Source: Eledone cirrhosa
Lineage: Eukaryota
Assembly (NCBI GenBank): GCA_964016885.1
Contig: OZ024759.1
Coordinates: 31,992,001 to 32,056,000 of the forward strand
Direction: 5' to 3'
Length of the DNA stretch: 64,000 nt
Below are positions 14,393-30,069 of this stretch, piece after piece; within the stretch, counting starts at the first letter, position 1, and every line of letters begins with the position of its first letter. Both the position numbers and the translations under genes were made by a program. The notes beneath the pieces are model-generated. The model was not told where the DNA came from. It ran no database searches and saw nothing but the letters and a program-made list of their open reading frames with translations.

Positions 14393-14402
14393 CCACATAC
14401 AT

Positions 14403-14435
<33 letters not shown>

Positions 14436-14706
14436 CACCCACATACATATACACACATATATATATATATATATACACCCACATACATATACACACACAT
14501 ATATATATATATACACCCACATACATATACACACACATATATATATATATATATACACCCACATACATATACACACATATATATATATATACACCCACAT
14601 ACATATACACACATATATATATATACACCCACATACATATACACACACATATATATATACACCCACATACATATACACACATATATATATACACCCACAT
14701 ACATAT

Positions 14707-14741
<35 letters not shown>

Positions 14742-14925
14742 CACCCACATACATATACACATATATATATATATATATATACACCCACATACATATACAC
14801 ACATATATATATATATATATACACCCACATACATATACACACATATATATATATATACACCCACATACATATACACACATATATATATATATACACCCAC
14901 ATACATATACACACACACACATGCA
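14080..14925. repeat. acacccacatacatatacacac(at)n compound minisatellite
   Basis: Directly visible; flanked by similar segments at 13950-14030 and 14935-15010. Confidence 0.9.
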
Positions 14926-15399
14926 TATACAGAATTGGCTGTTGAACCAGGACTGCAGCTCTGGGTTTTAATGAGACTAGCCACTGAAAACCATCTGTCT
15001 TTCTGTCTCATACACACAAGGACGCACACACACACACACACGCACACACACACACACACACGCACACACACACACGCACACAGACACACACACAAATACG
15101 GGCACGCACACACACACACACAGGTAAGCTCAGGCACACACATACACACACACACCCACACAGGCATATAGTGACACACAGAAACGCATAGTTTATGGCA
15201 CACGCACACACAGACACACACAAACAAATATATACAGACACAAGCACACACACACAGACAAATATATAGTCCCATCCACACATAGATATATAAACATACA
15301 CACAGCCATATATATATACATATATGCATATACACAAACACACACACGCATATATATATATGCAGAGACACGTGCACACACACTCACCACATCCTTGTT

Positions 15400-15722
15400 G
15401 CTGTGTTGTCCAGGATGGTATTTCCACATATGGTTCGGCACATCGTATGTTGTAGCTAAGTTGGCCGTGTCCATATGTAACACCCACCCACCTCAGGCCC
15501 TGATCGAGCATAGAAAGACACACCAACCTCTGACTAAAGACCTTCCTGTCATGACCATCCCATCGTAAAGTTGTCCAGGGTGATATTTCCAGATATGGTT
15601 CGTCACATCGTATGTTGTAGCTAAGGTGGTTGTGTTCATGTTATAACACCCACCCACCTTAGGCCCTGATCGAGCATAGACACACGAACCTATGATCAAA
15701 GACGTTCTTGCCATGACCATCA
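15400..15722. repeat. Tandem duplication, two ~170-bp copies
   Basis: gttgtccagg..atatggttcg..cacccacccacct.aggccctgatcgagcataga occurs twice. Confidence 0.8.
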
Positions 15723-15794
15723 CCATCCTATTGTAATGTTGATAGTGTTATTATATTCACGACTACCATTATAAGCTAATGTATTTATTTGCCT

Positions 15795-16095
15795 CTCATC
15801 CTTACGGGGGTCGATAAAATAAAGTACCAGTAACGTACTGGGGTCGATTTAACCGACTTCCTCCTTCCCCAAATTTGATGGCCTTGTGTTTAAATCGGAA
15901 ACCATTATTAGGTTTGGCAGTATCGGTAGAGGGTTGGACGCCATGCTTTGACGCACAGAGTTACAGCCCTTGCCATTCTGAGTTCAAATCCCGCCGAGAT
16001 TAACTTTGTCTTTCATCCTTACGGGGTCGATAAAATAAAGTACCAGTAATACACTGGGTAATTGCTGGCCTTGTGCCAAAAGTAGAACAATTATT
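15795..16095 (+). mobile_element. Two adjacent tRNA-derived SINEs with a conserved central domain
   Basis: B-box-like gagttcaaatcc followed by ctttcatccttacggggtcgataaaataaagtaccagt, resembling the Meta/MESC-type SINE core. Confidence 0.8.
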
Positions 16096-16184
16096 AGCTA
16101 ATGTAGACTTTTCTCTTGTTAACACGTCAAGAGATGTTTTTTGAAGGGTGTTTGGCTGCTATTTCCAGCATGCCTAGAGTGTTC

Positions 16185-17705
<1,521 letters not shown>

Positions 17706-17800
17706 ATGAAATGAAGTGTCTTGCTCAAGAACGCAACACTTCGCCCGGTCCAGGAATCGAACTCACAGCCCTATGATGGCGAGTCCATCATCCTAACCAG
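17706..17800 (-). mobile_element. CORE-type tRNA SINE fragment
   Basis: Reverse strand gagttcgattcctggaccggg..ttcttgagcaagacacttcatttca; related to 51879-52050. Confidence 0.65.
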
Positions 17801-17924
17801 TGTGTTACATTTGGTGTACTATGTTGTTATTACTATTGGTGTGACATATAGTCAGTTTACACCGTGTATTACTGGTACGGTGTCATATATATAAGCCAGC
17901 CTATGTTTAACAAACAAAATAATT

Positions 17925-18003
17925 GTTTCTACTTTTGGCACAAGGCCATCAAATACCCAGTACATTACTGGTACTTTATTTTATCGACCCCGTAAGGATG
18001 AAA
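17925..18003 (-). mobile_element. SINE fragment (same family as 15912-16095)
   Basis: tactggtactttattttatcgaccccgtaaggatgaaa. Confidence 0.75.
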
Positions 18004-18702
18004 CGCAATAATGGTCTGTGGTTACTACATGGCTACTACTGTGGTCTGTTGTACAGTGCATATTACTGGTATGATGTGATCTATGCAGCCTATATAGTCA
18101 TTATACTCTCTCTCTCTGCCTATGTGTGTCTATGTCTATATATATGTTTGTCTCTCTCTCTCTGTCTCCATGTCTATCTACATCTGTGTCTGTGTGTCTC
18201 CATGTTTGTGTCTGTCTGCCTCCCCCCTCTCTGCCTATATGTGTGTGTGTGTGTATCTCCGTGTCTATCTCTCTGTGTCTGTGTCTCTCTCCATGTTTCT
18301 CTCTCTCCCCTCTCTCTCTCTCTCTCTGCCAATGTATGTGTGTGTGTATGTGTCTCCCCTTGTCTATGTTTATATCTCTGTCCCCAGGTTTGTCTCTCTC
18401 TCCCCCTCTCTCTCTTCCAATATATATATGTGTCTGTCTGTCTGTCTCTCTCTGCCAATATATATATATATGTGTGTGTATGTGTGTGTGTGTGTGTGTG
18501 TGTGTCTGTCTCTCTCTCTCTGCCAATATATATGTGTGTGTGTGTGTGTGTGTGTCTGTCTCTCTGTGACTATATATGTGTTTGTGTGTGTGTGTCTGTC
18601 TGTGACTATATGTGTTAGCAACAGTAGTTTGGGTGTGAGGATACCCCACTAACGCTACATTCTCACAGCTGAGTCATCACCACACACACATTGCCTTACC
18701 CC

Positions 18703-18733
<31 letters not shown>

Positions 18734-18953
18734 ACTCTCTCTCTCACTCTCTCTCTCTCTTTCTCTCACTCTCTCACTCTCTCTCTCACTCTCTCTCTCA
18801 CTCTCTCTTTCTCACTCTCTCTCTCACTCTCTCTCATCTTTTACGAACACTTCCACCACATCAACAACAATAAAAACGCTAACATCACGTACGACACTAA
18901 GACCAACAACAACAACAACAACAACAACATCTCCCACAACAGTTGAAACAGAT

Positions 18954-19190
18954 ATCGTTATACTTTGGGAGGGTCATGCTGCCAATAAGGAACACACGCA
19001 CCAGTTGCTTTTCACTTCAGTTTATTATAAATTTCCGGTTGGTTGGTTGGTTGATTGGTTGATTGGTTCGATAAGCGGATGGTTGTTTATATATTGTCAA
19101 AGTTCTTTCGTCACACATTCTGAGACCTCCTCAGTGACTTGATTTTTATTTTGTGTCTCTCCTTTGTTCTGTCCTACACCATCTTGTTTT
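18954..19190 (-). mobile_element. Family M element with hammerhead-like fold (19096-19138)
   Basis: - strand gtca-CTGAGGA-ggtctcagaatgtgtgac-GAAA-gaac-TT-tgac; terminus gttatactt(t/g)gggagggtcat recurs at ~58823. Confidence 0.65.
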
Positions 19191-19202
19191 TATGTATATA
19201 TA

Positions 19203-19238
<36 letters not shown>

Positions 19239-19239
<1 letters not shown>

Positions 19240-19406
19240 GTTATTCCGGGTTGAATCGGAGGTAACCACAGTAAGTAAGGTACTCAATACATAGCAGAGT
19301 ATAAAAGTTTTAATATAGATGAGATTCTACAGGACTAGAACTGATTCCTGATGATTTCTAAAGAATGAAACAGTTCTAGTCCTGTAGAATCTCATCTATA
19401 TTAAAA

Positions 19407-19409
<3 letters not shown>
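19239..19409. mobile_element. Family A element, inverted-duplicated, with hammerhead (19343-19391, +)
   Basis: gattc-CTGATGA..GAAAC-ag..ct-GTA-gaatc; arms 19305-19343 and 19371-19409 are inverted copies. Confidence 0.85.
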
Positions 19410-19468
<59 letters not shown>

Positions 19469-19476
19469 ATGATATT

Positions 19477-19635
19477 CAGGGCCGTCTTAATGCATGGGCA
19501 CGCTGGGCAGTTGCCCGGGGGCCCCACGAGGATAGGGGGCCCATTTGTATTTTTATTCCTGGAAGTGGTTGTGTAGGTAGGGGCCCCAGTGCTCTGCTTT
19601 GCCCGGGGGCCTATAATGCTGTTAAGACGACCCTG
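19477..19635. mobile_element. hAT-superfamily MITE (159 bp) with 8-bp TSD
   Basis: TIRs cagggccgtcttaa / ttaagacgaccctg; TSD atgatatt at 19469-19476 and 19636-19643. Confidence 0.9.
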
Positions 19636-19730
19636 ATGATATTAAATAAACAAGTTTCAAGCTTATTATCTATCGTCAGCATCGTATACCTTCCTGCCAG
19701 ATGGTTGAAAGTCTGAAAGTATATACTTTC

Positions 19731-19880
19731 CTTATGCATATTAACGGCTGAGCAGCCTAATTTGCATATCGAGTGAGTTCAGTCGGCCGGGCGCACCGAA
19801 AACAATAAATGGAATAGAATGAAACGAAATTTCATTTCTCCCTCTTAGTGAGCTGTTTGTTTGTTTACAAACAAACAAAC
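19731..19880. promoter_or_regulatory. Candidate enhancer with POU octamer and Forkhead-like sites
   Basis: TATGCATA (19733), ATTTGCAT (19760-19767), palindromic gtttgtttgtttac-aaacaaacaaac (19855-19880) in CpG-containing unique DNA. Confidence 0.3.
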
Positions 19881-20020
19881 CGAGCATTATAATAAATGTT
19901 CGGAAAACCGATACGTGCATGTGTATGTGTGTGCATGTATGTATATATATATACATACTACTGTACGTCTGTATACATATATGTATGTACGTATACATAC
20001 ATATATATATATATATATAA

Positions 20021-20134
20021 GGAAGGGCTTATGCCCGAAACGTCGTCCCCCACCAACAGCCCACTCTCCAGAGCGTGAAATTAATAAACATTCGTTGTAC
20101 TGCCTCTCTGTTTTGTCCCTGTTCAAATTTTTCC

Positions 20135-20138
<4 letters not shown>
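20021..20138 (+). mobile_element. Family C fragment, 5'-truncated inside the hammerhead core
   Basis: ggaagggcttatgccc-GAAAC-GTC.. matches 27907-28023 and 52314-52430. Confidence 0.8.
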
Positions 20139-20172
<34 letters not shown>

Positions 20173-20436
20173 CACATACTACATGTACATATGTTACATA
20201 TATATTACATATATATGTGTATACTATATGTACGTTTCATAGATTCACACACACCACATAAACATACATGCTTCATACACATCACACATATACATACACA
20301 TTCATGTCTATGTATACGGTACATACATGCGTATTACATATAAACTAACAACGTTGACATATACATACGTGTGTATATTGTATGTAAACACATGTTACAT
20401 ATATAACTACTACTACTATTACTACTACCACTACTA

Positions 20437-20472
<36 letters not shown>

Positions 20473-20499
20473 ATACTAATACTACTACTATTACCACTA

Positions 20500-20544
<45 letters not shown>

Positions 20545-20563
20545 ATACTAATACTACTACTAT

Positions 20564-20631
<68 letters not shown>

Positions 20632-20654
20632 TCACCACCACCACCACCACCACT

Positions 20655-20713
<59 letters not shown>

Positions 20714-21551
20714 GTTTTACAGAAATTCTTTAGTCATTGTTATTGACAAACATATGTTGTTAAAGGTAGCTATATACACATACATACACATATATACACA
20801 TATATGCACATACATAAACACCAGGACACCCACACACTCACACACACACATATATATATATATATACACATATACACTGACATATACATACACATACATA
20901 AACACCAGCACACACATACACACACACCAGGACACCCACACATACACACACTCACACACATATATATATACACACATATACACTGACATATACATACACA
21001 TACACCAGCACTCACACACACACTCCAGCACTCACACACACATTCCAGCACTCACACACACATTCCAGAACTCACACACTCACATATATATACACACATA
21101 TACACTGACGTATACATACACACACATATACATAAACACATATATACTTACGCACACATATATACACAAACACAAATATATACACACACACATGCACGCA
21201 TGCACACACACACACACACACACATGCGCACACACATGCACACACGCGCGCATACACACACATACACACATATATACACACAAATATACACACATACATA
21301 GTCTGATTATATAGAGATAAGTTATACACACATACACATACACGTTATTATGTAGTCTTTTGTAGTTTCATAAGTGTGTGTGTGTGTGGAGTTTTATGTG
21401 GGTGTATATCCCTAGATCGTGTGACTGTGTGTGTATGAATGTATGTATGTATATATGTATATGTGTATGTAAGTATGTATGTATATATCTATATGTGTAT
21501 GAATGTATGTATATATGTATATGTGTATGTAAGTATGTATGTATATATATG

Positions 21552-22103
21552 TTCGGGTCGTTGGCGACTAAACTGGCAACCGCACCAAGGTTTCTTGGTG
21601 AGGAGGGTGACTTTGGACATCCTGCAGGACTAAAAACAAAACCTGTCAAAGGGCAAAGGAGCTCTTAAGAGTCAATGGCCATCCAAAATCACCGGGAGAG
21701 ATGATCCCTTAGCCTTTGTCAAGGCAGAATTCTAGGAGAAGGAAAACTCTGATATAACACCTGCAACCCTGATGGTATCCAATGATGTTGACTTGTTCTT
21801 CTTTTTGGTAAATATCATCTTGGTTAAGAGAGTGGGACTGGTTTGTGCAGTGCCTTTGCTCACTATAAAAGCTTCACGGCACAGGCATTGCTTTATATCT
21901 GGAGATCTCTCTGCACTTGTCGTCACATGGTACCATGGGCCCAGCACTATGTGTCAATGATTGTCACAGGTGTAGTGTTTGTACCAGAGTTTTCAAGTCG
22001 CTGGCTGGACTAAAAAGTCACACTCGTTCAGCGCATCGGTAGGGGTTCTCCTACATGGATATAAAGTAGTGGCCGTACTCGAAAACGAGTTGGCAGCCGC
22101 CAT
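21552..22103 (+). mobile_element. Family L non-autonomous element (~550 bp), possibly derived from an RTE LINE 5' region
   Basis: Three copies in the window; contains ctaggagaaggaaaactctga, which I recall from invertebrate RTE 5' regions; strand inferred. Confidence 0.65.
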
Positions 22104-22545
22104 GTATATTATATGTATGTATATATATATGTATATATGTATATGTGTATGTAAGTATGTACGTATATATGTATATGTGTATGTAGGTATGTATGTATAT
22201 ATATGTATTACGTCTATGTAAGTATATATGTATGTATGAATACTGTATATATATGTATATCTGTTTGTATATGTGTATGAATGTATGTATGTATATATGT
22301 ATATATGTATACACGCATGTATACATACACACATGTATGCATATATGTATACATGTGTGTATGCATATATACATACATACATGTATGTATGTTGGTTTAT
22401 CTTGAGATGTGGTGTGTATGTCTGTGTGCTGGGATATATATGTGTTGACATATATATGTGCGTGTGAGTGTGTGTGTACGTGTGAGTGTGTGTGTGTGTG
22501 TGTGTCTGTGTCTTATCATATAGCCAGATGTTACGTGTATATTGA

Positions 22546-22593
<48 letters not shown>

Positions 22594-22796
22594 TTGTGTT
22601 GGTACAGTCATGTATGTATGTATGTATGTATGTATGTATGTATGCATGTATGTATTTATGTGCCTGTGTGTATGTGCCAGTGTGTATGTGCCAGTGTGTA
22701 TGAGTTTTTTTTGTATTTGTGACATACACCAACCAACAAAATAACCACATGTGTATAGATTAAACATACACACACGTTACACTGCGCATATATATA

Positions 22797-23003
22797 TAGG
22801 AAAAGGTATGACCCCGCCGGCAGAGCTCAAGCCGTTTCGACGGCTATTTCTGGACTGTTATCGCCGTCCAGAAATAGCCGTCGAAACGGCTTGAACTCTG
22901 CCGTCGGGGTCATACTTTTTCCTATTTCCCACTCTACTACCCTTAGTATTGAGTACTCTGGTGCGGTATGGTCCATCTGGTTCCTTACCACAAATCCTTT
23001 GAT
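22797..23003. mobile_element. Family B palindromic insert
   Basis: Arms 22797-22855 and 22866-22924, 10-nt spacer, 3' tail to 23003. Confidence 0.85.
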
Positions 23004-23005
23004 AC

Positions 23006-23036
<31 letters not shown>

Positions 23037-23095
23037 AGGTAGATTAAATGTATGTATTAAACCTTGGTTATTCATATATATATATTTTCTATACC

Positions 23096-23147
<52 letters not shown>

Positions 23148-23150
<3 letters not shown>

Positions 23151-23248
23151 ATATAGAAAAGGCTTCTACAGGACTAGAACTGTTTCATTCGGGAGAAATC
23201 ATCAAACTCTGCTTTGTTTGTATTGACAGTATGAAGCAGAGTTTGATG

Positions 23249-23250
<2 letters not shown>
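23148..23250 (-). mobile_element. Family A fragment with fold-back junction
   Basis: Reverse complement of the hammerhead 3' part up to TGATGA, joined to hairpin atcatcaaactctgctt / aagcagagtttgatgat. Confidence 0.75.
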
Positions 23251-23281
<31 letters not shown>

Positions 23282-23369
23282 CATATATATATATATACAT
23301 ATACTGTATATATACACACATACATATATATATATACATATGCTGTATATATACACACATACACACACA

Positions 23370-23510
23370 TGGTACTTTATTTTATCGATCCCCGAAAGGA
23401 GGAAAAGCAAAGTTGACCTCGACCGGATTTGAACTCAGAACGTCGTATCTAGATACCCCAAAGACATATCATATTGTTCGGCGCTCTACCGATTCTGCCT
23501 CTCCACCGCC
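23370..23510 (-). mobile_element. tRNA-derived SINE
   Basis: ggtactttattttatcgatccccgaaagg..ggatttgaactcagaac. Confidence 0.75.
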
Positions 23511-23675
23511 CTCCCTGCTAATCCGTCTTCGCCGCCTCCATCCTCGTTTCGTCTTGTATAATAATACTTTCTTTATATGTACTGTCAATATTTATACATG
23601 CTATTCAACACACCACCAGGGATTACAAGGTGATGTATATTATATATACCTCATATGATATTTACATACGTGTGG

Positions 23676-23724
<49 letters not shown>

Positions 23725-23741
23725 TATGTGTGTGTGTGTGT

Positions 23742-23776
<35 letters not shown>

Positions 23777-23954
23777 GACTACTGAATATCTAGCAAAATG
23801 AAATCTCCCCACGAGTGTATTTATACATACATACATATACACACGTACGGATTTACTTGTATAATACACGCATATATACATTTACATACATATGCGCACA
23901 TAGCTCATGATATTAAACACACACATACACACACAGACAGACATATATATATAT

Positions 23955-24142
23955 ATAACGGAGGAAATGTCGTAAGGAACCAGGTGGACCATAACGCACC
24001 AAAGTACTCAATACTTAGGGTAGTAGAGTGGGTAATAGGAACCAGTAAGACCCCGACGGCTGAGCTCAAGCCGTTTCGACGGCTAATTCTCAGAATTAGC
24101 CGTCGAAACGGCTTGAGCTCAGCCGTCGGGGTCCTACTCGTT

Positions 24143-24146
<4 letters not shown>
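23955..24146. mobile_element. Family B palindromic insert
   Basis: Centre at 24091 (aattct-c-agaatt); flanked by (TA)n. Confidence 0.85.
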
Positions 24147-24493
<347 letters not shown>

Positions 24494-25095
24494 TATGTGA
24501 AAATAACATCTGGTAATAACACAAATCTTATTGAAAATATCTGTGAAGGCAGTGCCCCAGCCTGGTCGCAGTCTATGTATGTGTGTATGTGTGTGTGTAT
24601 GTGTGTGTGTATGTTTGCAGTAAATGAATGTACAAACACACACATACACACACACACATATATATATATACATACACGCACATCCAAACATATACACATA
24701 TACACATGCATATATACATACATACATACATGCATACATATAAACACATACACATACATCACATACATACGTACATACACGCACATATACATACACACAT
24801 ATCCAAACATACACACATACATACATATATGCATATGTATATATACACATAAACACAGACACATACATCATATACATACGTATATACTAGGGATTCCTCA
24901 ATGTCTAGGGACGCCATCAATAAATCTGCGGAAGCACTGTTACTCTATTGAAATACCAGAGGAGGTCCCTAAATAGCCGAAATCCCAGGGGTTGAGGGCC
25001 TCAGGTTAATAAGCCCCTGACCTATATCTATACATACATACATACATGCATACATACATATATATATACATACATACATATATATATATACATAC

Positions 25096-25127
<32 letters not shown>

Positions 25128-25148
25128 GCATACAAATATATATGAATG

Positions 25149-25218
<70 letters not shown>

Positions 25219-25274
25219 AAGAGGTCAACATTCTACATAGCAACATATGTTTGTTCGATAATATATTATTATAT

Positions 25275-25620
25275 AAAGGCGGTGAATTAGTAGAATCGAT
25301 AGAATACCTTGTTGTATTTGTTTCGGCCCTCTGCTCTCAGAGTTCAAATCTCGCTGAGGTCAACTTTGCCCTTCATTCATTCGAGGTCGATAAAAAAAGG
25401 TACCAGTCAAGTACTGGGATCGATTATTCCCCTATATCTCTCTCTTACTTACTCCCCCTCACTCTCTCTATGTCCATTCTCTGGAAGTAATCTGCTATAT
25501 TCAGGCCTGGAGAGGATATGGGCTCGACCAGGCTGGAAAATACCCCCAGAAACGTCATATATCAATACGGCGACCCTACGACTCCTTCACAAGTTAGGGA
25601 CCAGGCATGCATTCTTATCA
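25275..25620 (+). mobile_element. SINE with an extended 3' part
   Basis: SINE head and core, then ~190 bp also following the SINE at 37450-37735 (ctggagaggatatgggctc..). Confidence 0.7.
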
Positions 25621-25631
25621 TTATAACGTGT

Positions 25632-25696
<65 letters not shown>

Positions 25697-25698
<2 letters not shown>

Positions 25699-25832
25699 AA
25701 TTAGCTGTCGAAACGGCTTGAGCTCAGCCGTCGGGGTCCTACTCGTTCCTATTACCCACTCTACTACCCTAAGTATTGAGTACTTTGGTGCGTTATGGTC
25801 CACCTGGTTTCTTACCACATTTCCTTCGTTAT
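25697..25832 (+). mobile_element. Family B fragment
   Basis: Starts in the stem II 3' strand, ends ttccttcgttat; within (TA)n. Confidence 0.85.
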
Positions 25833-26174
25833 ATATATATATATATGTGTGTGTGCTTGTGTAAATATACGTATGTGTGTTTATGTATATATTTGATATA
25901 CACTAAGGGTCTCTATAGCAACAGAGGGGTGACCTACATCAACTATGGGAAGATGGGGTGGATTAATTAGCAGCTTGGGGGATCTGCAGCAACCAGGGGA
26001 AGGGTCTACTAGAACCAGTGCCCTACAGCAACCAAGTGAGGGAGGGGTACAGGAATTAGGGAGTGGGGACCAGCAGTAACTAGTTGGCCGTAGGCTAGAG
26101 GTCATTTGGGGACTTCCAACAGCTATATTACAAATGTATGAAGGTAGGCCGACATATGAAACAATGCTGAGATT

Positions 26175-26460
26175 TCATTCACCATTGATTTATGAGGGGC
26201 TTTTAAAACCGGTGTAGGCTGGTTGTTGTCCACATTCACCATTGGTCTATGAGGGACTTTTAAAACCGGTGTAGGCTGGTTGATGTCCACATTCACCATT
26301 GGTCTATGAGGGGCTTTTAAAACCGGTGTAGGCTGGTTGTTGTCCACATTCACCATTGGTCTATGATGGGCTTTTAAAACCGGTGTAGGCTGGTTGTTGT
26401 CCACATTCACCATTGGTCTATGAGGGACTTTTAAAACCGGTGTAGGCTGGTTGTTGTTCA
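26175..26460. repeat. 57-bp tandem repeat, ~5 units
   Basis: attcaccattggtctatgaggggcttttaaaaccggtgtaggctggttgttgtccac. Confidence 0.95.
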
Positions 26461-27256
26461 CATAGAAAACAACACCGAGGGTTCATTCGGCATTGATCTG
26501 GTGGAGGTCCATAGCCTAGTGATAATTGTGCTGGTCTTACGATCATAATGTCGTGGATTCGTTTCCTGGTTTGGGCTATGTGTTGTGTTCTTAAGCAAAA
26601 CACTTCATTTCACTTTGCTCCAGTATACTCAGCCGTAAACGAGTACCAGTAATAGTTGGCGGTTTAACTCTGCGATGGATTGGCGTCTTGTCCAGCAAGT
26701 GTGGGTGGGGTGGGGTGGGGTGGGGTGGGGATGAGGGGAGTCCTGTACTTTCAGTCTCTTTACACCACGGTAACTCGGGAGATAAACCCCTGTCTGATGA
26801 GACCCCGGGTTCGAGTTAGATTTTAACCCTGTGATGGACTGGCGTCCTGTCAAGGAGGTATGGAAGGGGTGTCTTGTACTCTTAGTCGCTTAACACCTCG
26901 GAAACTGGTGGATAAGCACTAGCCTGATGTGCCCCCGGGATCGAAAAAGACTTTAGATTGATCTAGGGCGAGATCTTTCAAACCGGTGTTCACTGGGTGT
27001 TGATATACTGGAAGTGTTTGATTAGGGGTGTGGTATGGGTCTTGTTTATTCTATGTCTTGTGTGGTATGTGGTCTGGTGGGGTGGGCTGTCTGTAGCTTG
27101 ATGGAGTATACAATTTTTCCCCATCGCCAGAGGTACTTGACCCGATTTATTCAACTATTTTTTATAGTTATCTGCATTGTGGCGAATATATTTTTAAATT
27201 TCCTATTATTTCATACGTCCACACACACATATAAATAAATATATATATATATATAT

Positions 27257-27317
<61 letters not shown>

Positions 27318-27604
27318 CAATATATAGTATATATATATTATTTATATATTATATATATATATATTTATAATAGGCATATATATTATTTATTATATATATA
27401 TATATATATATATATCACAGACCCACAAGTACACGGTTATATTTGGTATTGCATTATAATATTTATTTCAGGTTTTGAGTATGTGGATAGGTTATTGACT
27501 TCTTGTTAACTGGTAAGTCAGCAAAACATATTGGGTTGGATCGATTCTACTATTACATACGAATACACACACACACACACACGCACACCTACACACACAC
27601 ACCA

Positions 27605-28019
27605 CCTTCAGCCCTCCCCGCTCGGACACCCCGTCTCCCTCTCCCCACTCCACCCGCCACCACCCCTACTCACCCCACACCCTTCCACCACCTGTTTACC
27701 CCCCTTTTAATTTCAGTTTATTTTGATCATGCCTTTATTTTTAAATTTTCTCATTCCTTGTATTTTGATCATGCTTTATTTTTATTTTTTATATTTTTTG
27801 TCTTTATTTGTTAATTTTTCATTCGCACCGTTTCCTTTCGCTATATGTCTCTCCACCACTCCCCTACACACCTTTTGAACTCTGTTCCCACACACTTCTC
27901 ACCTGAGGAAGGGCTTATGCCCGAAACGTCGTCCCCCACCTACCCCCCACTCTCCTGAGCGTGAATTTAATAAACTTTTATTGTACTGCCTCTCTGTTCT
28001 GTCCCTGTTCAAATTTTTC

Positions 28020-28023
<4 letters not shown>
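27605..28023 (+). mobile_element. Family C element with minimal hammerhead (27901-27932)
   Basis: ac-CTGAGGA-a-gggc-ttat-gccc-GAAAC-GTC-gt; loopless self-complementary stem III typical of PLE hammerheads; homologous to 52088-52430. Confidence 0.8.
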
Positions 28024-28070
<47 letters not shown>

Positions 28071-28074
<4 letters not shown>

Positions 28075-28594
28075 CGAAGGAAATGTGGTAAGGAACCAGG
28101 TGGACCATAACGCACCAAAGTACTCAATACTTAGGGTAGTAGAGTGGGTAATAGGAACAAGTAAGACCCCGACGGCTGAGCTCAAGCCATTTCGACGGCT
28201 AATTCTGGACTAAATGAAAATTTATCCTGGTATTTAAATAGCCGATCTTCTCAAGGGGTAATTCCATATATGGTCAAAGTGATTGTCAAAAGTCAGTAGT
28301 AATTCTGTGATTGCAAATTAGTAGGAGAGATGGTGGCTAAACCTGCCAGTAGGAGAAAGAGGGGAGGGGGTGGAGTAGACCCAATCAAGCGTTGGTAGTG
28401 CCAGCTACAGCTGGGCATGAGGTCAAAGAAGATACTGGGGAGGGGGAGGAAGTCGGAACGGTAGGTAGAACAATGAGGGGTAAAAATATATAAGAAAGAA
28501 AAAATACTGAGAGTGAAGAAAAGCGAATAAGTGTAAAGAAAAAAGTAAAGCAAGTTCTACGACCTAAGTCTCTAGCTATTGTTAGGCTAGATAG

Positions 28595-28595
<1 letters not shown>
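28071..28595 (-). mobile_element. Longest Family B copy with a complete but degenerate hammerhead (28166-28259)
   Basis: - strand acccc-TTGAGAA-gatcggcta..tagccgtc-GAAA-tggc..gcc-GTC-ggggt; core has two substitutions from CUGANGA. Confidence 0.7.
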
Positions 28596-28671
<76 letters not shown>

Positions 28672-28883
28672 TAGGAACGAGTAGGACCCCGACGGCTGAG
28701 CTCAACCGGTTTCGACGGTTAATTCTGGACTAAATGCAGACTATTTAGTCCAGAATTAACCGTCGAAACGGCTTGAGCTCAACCGTCGGGGTCCTACTCG
28801 TTCCTATTACCCACTCTACTACCCCAAGTATTGAGTACTTTGGTGCGTTATGGTCCACCTGGTTCCTTACCACATTTCCTTCG

Positions 28884-28886
<3 letters not shown>
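28672..28886. mobile_element. Family B palindromic insert
   Basis: Arms meet at ctggactaaat-gcagact-atttagtccag (spacer 28736-28742). Confidence 0.85.
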
Positions 28887-28939
<53 letters not shown>

Positions 28940-29067
28940 TGACAACATACATATACAGACACATACTCATACATATATAGACATATACATCTATAGACAC
29001 ACACGCACGCAAATATATATATAAGTACATACACGCACGCAGACACCCGCACACATATATATATATG

Positions 29068-29117
<50 letters not shown>

Positions 29118-29665
29118 GACACATGTATATATATATGTATACACACACACATACACATACATACACATATATATATGTATACACACACATATATGTATAT
29201 ACACACACACATATATATGTATATACACACACACATATATATGTATATACACACACATATATATATATGTATACACACACATACATACACACACATATAT
29301 ATATATATATGTATATACACACACACACACATATATATGTACACACACATACACACAGACAGATGATTCGTCAGTGTAGAAGTGTTCCGGGTCATGCTAC
29401 CCACGCACTCTAGGTCACCTAGTCACCTCTCTATATGTTACCATCTCTTCTTTGCTTTATCTAACACGGTTTAAAACACCAGTCCTTCCTCCCCTCCTTC
29501 CACCCCTCCTGAGCCACTCTTTCCCCCTCCTTCCTCCCCTCTTTCCACCCCCCCAGAGCCACTCTTTCCCCCTCCTTCCTTGGACTGGTTGAATAATGCC
29601 TCTGACATTAAAACACGCGAAAAACCATAGGAGGGTAGCTAATGTATGTATGTTACAGCTCACGC

Positions 29666-29750
<85 letters not shown>

Positions 29751-29765
29751 GATATATATAAATAT

Positions 29766-29973
29766 ATAAGATGATGCATGACATACCCTGACATAGTAGA
29801 TGGTTAAGATTCAGCCATGACTGAATCTTAACCATCTGCTATGTCAGGGTATGTCATGCATCATCTTATTTTATCTGATGAGGACGTACTGTTGAAGTTA
29901 ACTCAGTACCTCCGAAATATGTATAACAAAATATAATTGATCACAAGAATATCTATTTTGTTAATATTTTGAA

Positions 29974-29980
<7 letters not shown>
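29766..29980 (+). mobile_element. Family D element: 104-bp palindrome followed by hammerhead (29868-29932)
   Basis: Near-perfect palindrome 29766-29869 centred on catg; attttat-CTGATGA..GAAA-tatgta-TA-acaaaat. Confidence 0.85.
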
Positions 29981-30028
<48 letters not shown>

Positions 30029-30069
30029 GTTGTTGTGACAGCTCACACCTATGCAGGTTTAGCTGGTAT

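Noticed and set aside
26123-26461. 112-aa ORF with 19-aa repeats (NVDNNQPTPVLKAPHRPMV)
   Set aside because: Matches a 57-bp tandem repeat; no convincing start or splice context, although an exon cannot be fully excluded
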